64,000 nt of DNA from an uncultured Spirochaetota bacterium (lineage in GTDB: Bacteria; Spirochaetota; Spirochaetia; SZUA-6; Fen-1364): assembly GCA_963820525.1 (NCBI GenBank), contig CAWGAA010000002.1, positions 64,001-128,000 of the forward strand, read 5' to 3'. The notes under the pieces are model-generated. The model made no database searches, was not told the DNA's origin, and was given only the letters and a program-made list of their open reading frames with translations. Position numbers and translations under genes: made by a program. How positions within the stretch are numbered: the stretch's first letter is position 1; each line of letters begins with the position of its first letter. Shown here piece after piece: positions 58,490-64,000 of the stretch.

Positions 58490-60611
58490 TCCGGGCTACC
58501 TCTCCATCCTGAACCCCGAGCAGAGAAAGGCGGTGGAGCACTTCGGCAGCCCGCTTCTCATCCTCGCCGGCGCGGGGTCGGGCAAGACGCGGGTGATCAC
58601 GACGAAGATCGCCTACCTCATCGACAGGATGGGGATGAGCCCGCGCTCCATTCTCGCTGTCACCTTCACCAACAAGGCGGCGCAGGAAATGCGCGAAAGG
58701 GTTCTCTCCCTCGTCCCCCACGCCGAGGAGGTGATGGTCAGGACCTTCCATTCCTTCGGAGCGTGGCTGCTCAGGAGAAACAGCACGCTTGCGGGGCTTG
58801 ACCCCTCGTTTCTCATCTATGACGACGAGGACTCGGCCAATCTTCTCAAGGGCATACTCGGCGACGAGGACAAAAACTCGCTGCGCCGCACCCATGCGGA
58901 AATCTCCCGGGTGAAAGACCTGGGCATCGAGGCCGGTGAGGCGGACGAGAGAATCGCGCGCGCGGGCTGTCCGCCGGACGTCTACCGGGCGTACCAGGAG
59001 AGGCTCCGCCGGACCGGCAACGTGGACTTCGGCGACCTCATCCTTCTTCCCATGAAGCTCCTGCGCGACTCTCCCGAGCTGCGGGAGAGGACCCAGGCGA
59101 GGTTCCAGGTCGTGCTGGTGGACGAGTACCAGGACTCCAACATCGCACAGTTCCAGCTGTTGAAGGCGCTGTACAGGCCGGGAAACTACCTCTGCGTGGT
59201 CGGCGACGACGACCAGTCCATCTACCGCTTCCGGGGGGCCGAGGTGGGAAACATCCTCTCCTTCTCCGAGGCCTTCCCCGGGACCGAGGTCGTCAGGCTG
59301 GAAAGGAATTATCGCTCCACGGCATCCATCCTGGCTGCGGCATCCGCAGTGGTGGCCAACAATACGGGCCGGCTCGGAAAGACCCTGTGGACCGAGAAAG
59401 CGGCGGGGGAGCCGGTGACCGTCTCGTGCCTTTCAGACCAGGACGAGGAGGCCCGATTCTGCGGCCAGCTGGCCCTCGACGGCTTCCCCGGGAGCACCGC
59501 CATCCTCTACCGCATGAATGCCCAGTCCCGGCCGTTCGAGGAGTTGTTTTTCCGCGCCGGAATACCGTATCGAGTAGTGGGAGCCGTGCGGTTCTATTCC
59601 CGGGAAGAGGTGAAGGACGCCATTGCGTACCTGGCTCTCCTGGCCAATCCTCGCGACGAGGTATCCTTTGCCCGGATCATCAACAAGCCCGCGCGGGGAA
59701 TCGGAAAAGCGAGCGTGGAGAAGATAATCGGGCGCTGGAGGGCGGCGGGAGGAAGCCTCTGGGAGGCGTGCTCGGCTGTGTCGGCACTCCTTCCGGCCAA
59801 GGCACGGACGGGCATCGAGGAGCTTCTCTCCTGCTACGGGGAGCTTCGCGGCCGCATGGATTCCACTCCGCTGGGGGAGCTTGCCCGCTTCATGATCTCC
59901 CGGACGGGTTTGTACGAATCGTACAAGACCCGGGACAAGGCAGACGGGACGGCGAAGGCCGGAAACCTCGAGGAGCTGGTGAGCGCCATGTCGGCGTATG
60001 GGAGCGGCGGGGAAGCGCTTTCGCGGTTTCTGGAGAACAGCGCGCTGGCAAGCGCCGTCGAAGAGCCCGAGGCAGGGAGGCCGCAGGCCGGAGAAGGCAG
60101 GGATGCCGGCGAAGGGAGATCCGCAGGCGAGCCGGACGACAAGGTGACCCTCATCACCCTCCACAACACCAAGGGCCTGGAGTTCGACCGGGTCATTATC
60201 ACGGGCCTGGAGGAGGGGATCTTCCCCCACGAGTCCAGCCTTTTAAGCCTCGATGAGCTGGAGGAGGAGAGACGCCTCTTCTATGTCGGGATCACCAGGG
60301 CGCGGGAGCGGCTGATGCTGACGTGGTGCAGGCGGCGACGCGTGTTCGGAAGGTATGCCGAGATGGAGCCCTCCCGTTTCCTCGACGAGCTTCCCGAGGA
60401 CCAGGTGAGGAGGCTCGGGGAGGAGGAGGACCAGGTCGACGAGTATCCCCTGGGCTGCGGGGTATTCCACGACGAGTATGGGCCTGGAATCGTGGAGCGG
60501 AAATGGTATACTCACGGCAACCTCCTCATCCAGGTGCGGTTCCGGTCGGGGAGAGTCGCAAAGTTCGTACCGAAGTATAATCGATTGGAAAGGATCAGCG
60601 CCGATGATTGA
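58482..60611 (+). CDS. pcrA: UvrD/PcrA DNA helicase
   Basis: AGAGSGKT, DEYQD, VGDDDQSIY, NYRS, KGLEF, EERRLFYVGITRA. Confidence 0.95.
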   Translation: MSDPGYLSILNPEQRKAVEHFGSPLLILAGAGSGKTRVITTKIAYLIDRMGMSPRSILAVTFTNKAAQEMRERVLSLVPHAEEVMVRTFHSFGAWLLRRNSTLAGLDPSFLIYDDEDSANLLKGILGDEDKNSLRRTHAEISRVKDLGIEAGEADERIARAGCPPDVYRAYQERLRRTGNVDFGDLILLPMKLLRDSPELRERTQARFQVVLVDEYQDSNIAQFQLLKALYRPGNYLCVVGDDDQSIYRFRGAEVGNILSFSEAFPGTEVVRLERNYRSTASILAAASAVVANNTGRLGKTLWTEKAAGEPVTVSCLSDQDEEARFCGQLALDGFPGSTAILYRMNAQSRPFEELFFRAGIPYRVVGAVRFYSREEVKDAIAYLALLANPRDEVSFARIINKPARGIGKASVEKIIGRWRAAGGSLWEACSAVSALLPAKARTGIEELLSCYGELRGRMDSTPLGELARFMISRTGLYESYKTRDKADGTAKAGNLEELVSAMSAYGSGGEALSRFLENSALASAVEEPEAGRPQAGEGRDAGEGRSAGEPDDKVTLITLHNTKGLEFDRVIITGLEEGIFPHESSLLSLDELEEERRLFYVGITRARERLMLTWCRRRRVFGRYAEMEPSRFLDELPEDQVRRLGEEEDQVDEYPLGCGVFHDEYGPGIVERKWYTHGNLLIQVRFRSGRVAKFVPKYNRLERISADD

Positions 60612-60921
60612 CGAGCGGCTCCTCGATTCGATCCTCGCCCTGTGCAAGTTCACCGTGAGCGAGGATGAGAAGGAGGAGTTTCGCGCCCAGGTGGGAAAGA
60701 TCATCGAGTATTTCACGCTCCTGAAGCGCTACGACACTTCCCAGCCGTCCGAGGGGCGGCTCGGCGGCTTCGATCGCCAGGATTGGAGCGCGGAGAGGCT
60801 GTTCGCCGACACGGCGCGTCCCGGGCTTTCCTCGCAGTCGCTTCAGGGTTTCGCCGTCCATTTCCTGGACGGCTTCTTCACCGTCCCCCGCATCATTGCC
60901 GACGACAAAAAAGAGGCGTAG
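60604..60921 (+). CDS. gatC: Glu/Asp-tRNA amidotransferase subunit C
   Basis: Size, GFFTVPRI motif, position before gatA. Confidence 0.85.
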   Translation: MIDERLLDSILALCKFTVSEDEKEEFRAQVGKIIEYFTLLKRYDTSQPSEGRLGGFDRQDWSAERLFADTARPGLSSQSLQGFAVHFLDGFFTVPRIIADDKKEA

Positions 60922-60924
60922 GGA

Positions 60925-62607
60925 ATGGCGGCGATCACGAACCTCTCCCTTACGGAGCTGAAGAGGTGCCTCGAAGCAGGAGAGCTCTCCTGCCGCGAGG
61001 TCTGGCGCGCATTCCACCACGCATACCTCGAGGACCGCTCCAGCCCTCAGCCGCTCAACGGGTACATAGAGTTTTTCCAGGACGGCGAGGAGCGGGCAGG
61101 ACAGGCCGACAAGGCTCGGGCAAGCGGAAGCCATGGCACCCTGGAAGGGCTGCCCTTCGCCGTGAAGGACAACATTCTCGTCGCGGGCAGGGAAGCAAGC
61201 TGCGGTTCCGCGATCCTGCGGGGATTTCGCGCGCCGTACACGGCCACGGTCGTCGGGCGCCTCCTCGACCAGGGGGCGATCCCGCTGGGCCGGACCAACA
61301 TGGACGAGTTCGCCATGGGCTCGTCCACGGAATACTCGATCTATGGCCCCGCCCGAAACCCCGTGGACCGCGACAAGACCCCGGGAGGCAGCTCGGGCGG
61401 CTCGGCGGCGGTGGTCGCCGGCGGGCAGGCGCCATGCGCCCTGGGCTCGGACACGGGAGGCTCGGTGCGCCTTCCCGCCTCCTTCTGCGGAGTCTATGGC
61501 CTGAAACCATCCTACGGAACCCTCTCCCGCTACGGCCTGGTGGCATTCGGATCGTCCCTCGATCAGATCGGAATCCTGGCGCGGACTCCCGACGATATCG
61601 CCCTCATCCTTTCGGTGGCCGCCGGCCGCGACCCGGCGGACGAGACCTCGCGGGACGTGGATTTTTCCCGGATGTTCCCGCTGGCGAAGACCGCCCTGGC
61701 GGGAAGGAGAATCGCCGTACCGGTGGAGCTCACGGGCAAGGCGATCGACGGAGAGGTGAGTCATGTTCTCGACGGCTTCGCGGGCTGGCTGTCGGACAAC
61801 GGCGCCGAGGTAAAGCGCGTCTCGGTTCCCTGCCTCTCGGCGAGCGTGGCCATCTACTACATCATCGCCGCGGCGGAGGCGTCATCGAACCTCGCCCGCT
61901 TCGACGGCGTCCGCTACGGCCTTCGCTCCGGGGGAAGCGGCACCCTCGAGGACATGTACGTGAGCACGCGCTCCGAGGGCTTCGGGCCCGAGGTGAAAAG
62001 ACGGATCTTCCTGGGAACCTATGTCCTTTCCTCCGGATATGCTGACAAGTACTACAGGAAGGCGATGGCGGTGAGAGACATTCTGCAGAAGGAGCTCGAT
62101 ACGCTCCTGGAGAGCTCTAATTTCATCCTCTCGCCCACTGCGCCCACCCCGGCGTTCTCCATCGGCGAGAAGATCGATGATCCCCTCGCGATGTATCTGG
62201 GCGATATCTGCACGATCTACCCGAACCTCGCCCTTCTTCCCTCGATCTCGATTCCGGCGGGCGCGACGTCAGCCGGGCTTCCCGTCGGAGTGCAGCTCAC
62301 CTCCAAACGCTTCTCCGAGGAGATGCTCCTTCGGGTTGCCAGGCTCTGGCACGGCCGGGACTCGTCGCCCGGGGCCGCTCGCGCGGGAAAGCGTCCGCAG
62401 GGAAAGCGCCCGACGCAAAAACCGCCCGCTTCGAAAGCCTCCGCGCCTCGAAAGGCTGGCGCGGCCCGCCCGACCACGCCCCGAAAAGCCGGTCAGCCGC
62501 CCGCGCCCCGAAAGTCCGGCAAGGGCCAACCGCCCGCGCCCCGAAAAGCGGGTCCGGGCCCGGCCTCGAAGCGCAAGAAGCCCGGCTCTCGGGAGGCGGG
62601 GCCATGA
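60925..62607 (+). CDS. gatA: Glu-tRNA amidotransferase subunit A with basic C-terminal tail
   Basis: KDNI, NMDEFAMGSS, GGSSGGS, GSDTGGSVR, SNLARFDG. Confidence 0.96.
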   Translation: MAAITNLSLTELKRCLEAGELSCREVWRAFHHAYLEDRSSPQPLNGYIEFFQDGEERAGQADKARASGSHGTLEGLPFAVKDNILVAGREASCGSAILRGFRAPYTATVVGRLLDQGAIPLGRTNMDEFAMGSSTEYSIYGPARNPVDRDKTPGGSSGGSAAVVAGGQAPCALGSDTGGSVRLPASFCGVYGLKPSYGTLSRYGLVAFGSSLDQIGILARTPDDIALILSVAAGRDPADETSRDVDFSRMFPLAKTALAGRRIAVPVELTGKAIDGEVSHVLDGFAGWLSDNGAEVKRVSVPCLSASVAIYYIIAAAEASSNLARFDGVRYGLRSGGSGTLEDMYVSTRSEGFGPEVKRRIFLGTYVLSSGYADKYYRKAMAVRDILQKELDTLLESSNFILSPTAPTPAFSIGEKIDDPLAMYLGDICTIYPNLALLPSISIPAGATSAGLPVGVQLTSKRFSEEMLLRVARLWHGRDSSPGAARAGKRPQGKRPTQKPPASKASAPRKAGAARPTTPRKAGQPPAPRKSGKGQPPAPRKAGPGPASKRKKPGSREAGP

Positions 62608-64000
62608 GAAGCGAGATGATCATCGGGCTGGAGGTTCACGTCCAGCTCAACACGGCGAGCAAGGCCTTCTGCCGGTGCGAGAACAGATTCGGAGGCATGC
62701 CCAACAGCAGGGTCTGCCCCGTCTGCCTGGGTCTTCCCGGAGCGCTCCCCACGACGAACATCGCGATGGTGGAAAGCGCAATCCTGGCGGGGCTCGCCCT
62801 GCACTGCACCATCGCCCGGGAGACGAAGTTCGACAGGAAGAACTACCTGTACCCCGACCTGCCCAAGGGGTATCAGATATCCCAGTACGACATGCCGATC
62901 TGCACGGGGGGCTACCTCGACATCGTGACCCCCGGCGGAGGGAAACGGACCGTCAACATCAGGCGCCTGCACATGGAAGAGGATGCGGGCAAGAACATCC
63001 ATCTGGAAGGCGGCTCGGGGATGAGCTACGTGGATTTCAACCGCTGCGGCACTCCCCTTCTGGAGATCGTCTCCGAGCCCGATATGCGCTCGGCGGAAGA
63101 GGCGGTGGCATATGCCCAGGGAATCCGGGAGATCGTGCGGTACCTGGGGATCTCTGACGGGAACATGGAGGAGGGGTCCCTGCGCTGCGATGCCAATGTC
63201 AACCTGCGCGTGGCGGAAGGAGCCGAGCAGCTCATCACCCCGATCGTCGAGGTGAAGAACATGAACTCCTTCAAGGCCATGAAAACGGCCCTGGGTTACG
63301 AGGCCGAGAGGCAGCTGGCGGAGGCCAGGGAATCGAGCCCCGCCCGCGGCTCCGGGGCACCGACTTCATCCCGAGCGGGCAAATCGACGCGCGGGTTCGA
63401 CGAGAGAACGGGCACCACGATCCTTTTGCGGGCAAAGGAGGAAGCCTCCGATTACCGGTATTTCCCCGATCCCGATCTGCTTCCCATCCGCATTCCCGAT
63501 GCCCTCGTGAAGGAGCTTGCGGGCAGGGTGGGGGAGCTTCCCGCCCCGAGGCGGGAACGCTTCACGGCGGACTACCACCTGACGGCGGAAGAAGCTGAGG
63601 CGCTGTGCGCCTCTCGAAGCCTCTCCGAGTATTTCGAGGAGGCGGCCCGCGGCTCCGCCGAGCCCCGCCGTGCGGCGAGCTGGATCCTCACGGAGGTCTG
63701 CGCCGTGCTCAATGAGCGCGGGATCGGCATCGAGGAGCTCGGCGTTCCGGCGGCCCATGTGCGCGAGCTGCTCGACCTGGTGGACTCGCGGGCGATAAGC
63801 GGGAAGCTCGCCAAGGAGGTATTCGCCCAAATGCTCTCCACCGGCCGCCCTCCCGGCAGGATCGTATCCGATGACGCTCTCTCACAGATCACGGACGCCG
63901 AGGAGCTGGGCCGGATTGCGGATCGGGTAATGGCGGACAACCCCGGCCCCGTGGAGGATTACAGGAAGGGAAAGGCGCAGGCGCTGAAGTTCCTCATGGG
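62604..64000 (+). CDS. gatB: Amidotransferase subunit B (runs off window)
   Basis: IGLEVHVQL, YPDLPKGYQISQ, HMEEDAGK, GNMEEGSLRCD, YRYFPDPD. Confidence 0.96.
   Translation, partial: MRSEMIIGLEVHVQLNTASKAFCRCENRFGGMPNSRVCPVCLGLPGALPTTNIAMVESAILAGLALHCTIARETKFDRKNYLYPDLPKGYQISQYDMPICTGGYLDIVTPGGGKRTVNIRRLHMEEDAGKNIHLEGGSGMSYVDFNRCGTPLLEIVSEPDMRSAEEAVAYAQGIREIVRYLGISDGNMEEGSLRCDANVNLRVAEGAEQLITPIVEVKNMNSFKAMKTALGYEAERQLAEARESSPARGSGAPTSSRAGKSTRGFDERTGTTILLRAKEEASDYRYFPDPDLLPIRIPDALVKELAGRVGELPAPRRERFTADYHLTAEEAEALCASRSLSEYFEEAARGSAEPRRAASWILTEVCAVLNERGIGIEELGVPAAHVRELLDLVDSRAISGKLAKEVFAQMLSTGRPPGRIVSDDALSQITDAEELGRIADRVMADNPGPVEDYRKGKAQALKFLM

Overview
High-GC bacterial DNA, probably from a free-living spirochaete. 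This is inferred from spirochaete-style solute-binding-protein leaders, spirochaete-like lipoboxes and an archaeal-type pyrH. The left ~28.5 kb is an accessory mosaic. An OLD-like ATPase-TOPRIM gene is split, with its 5' part at 26.8-28.5 kb and its 3' end at 1.0-1.3 kb, and a 153-bp ~95% identical direct repeat brackets 25.5 kb of cargo. The cargo begins with an IS91/ISCR-type rolling-circle transposase whose oriIS-like end abuts a GTTC inside a truncated IS630. It also holds two sugar-utilisation loci (GH3/GH95/ABC/two-component; ABC/PfkB/GH65/two-component), an IS1182 remnant, an orphan 5S rRNA and several gene fragments. The right part is mostly housekeeping: a Cys1-less purF, aconitase, pflX, pyrH, serA, lolA-rodZ-rimO-pcrA-gatCAB. 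Two accessory modules interrupt it. One is a low-GC trio of a YIDPG peptide, a kinase-like methyltransferase (NoeA-like) and a sulfatase-fold membrane protein. The other is a ~10 kb surface locus encoding a barrel-transglutaminase-TPR protein, an Ig-repeat/beta-helix lipoprotein and an M64 peptidase cassette. All family assignments come from motif recognition by eye; no database searches were run.
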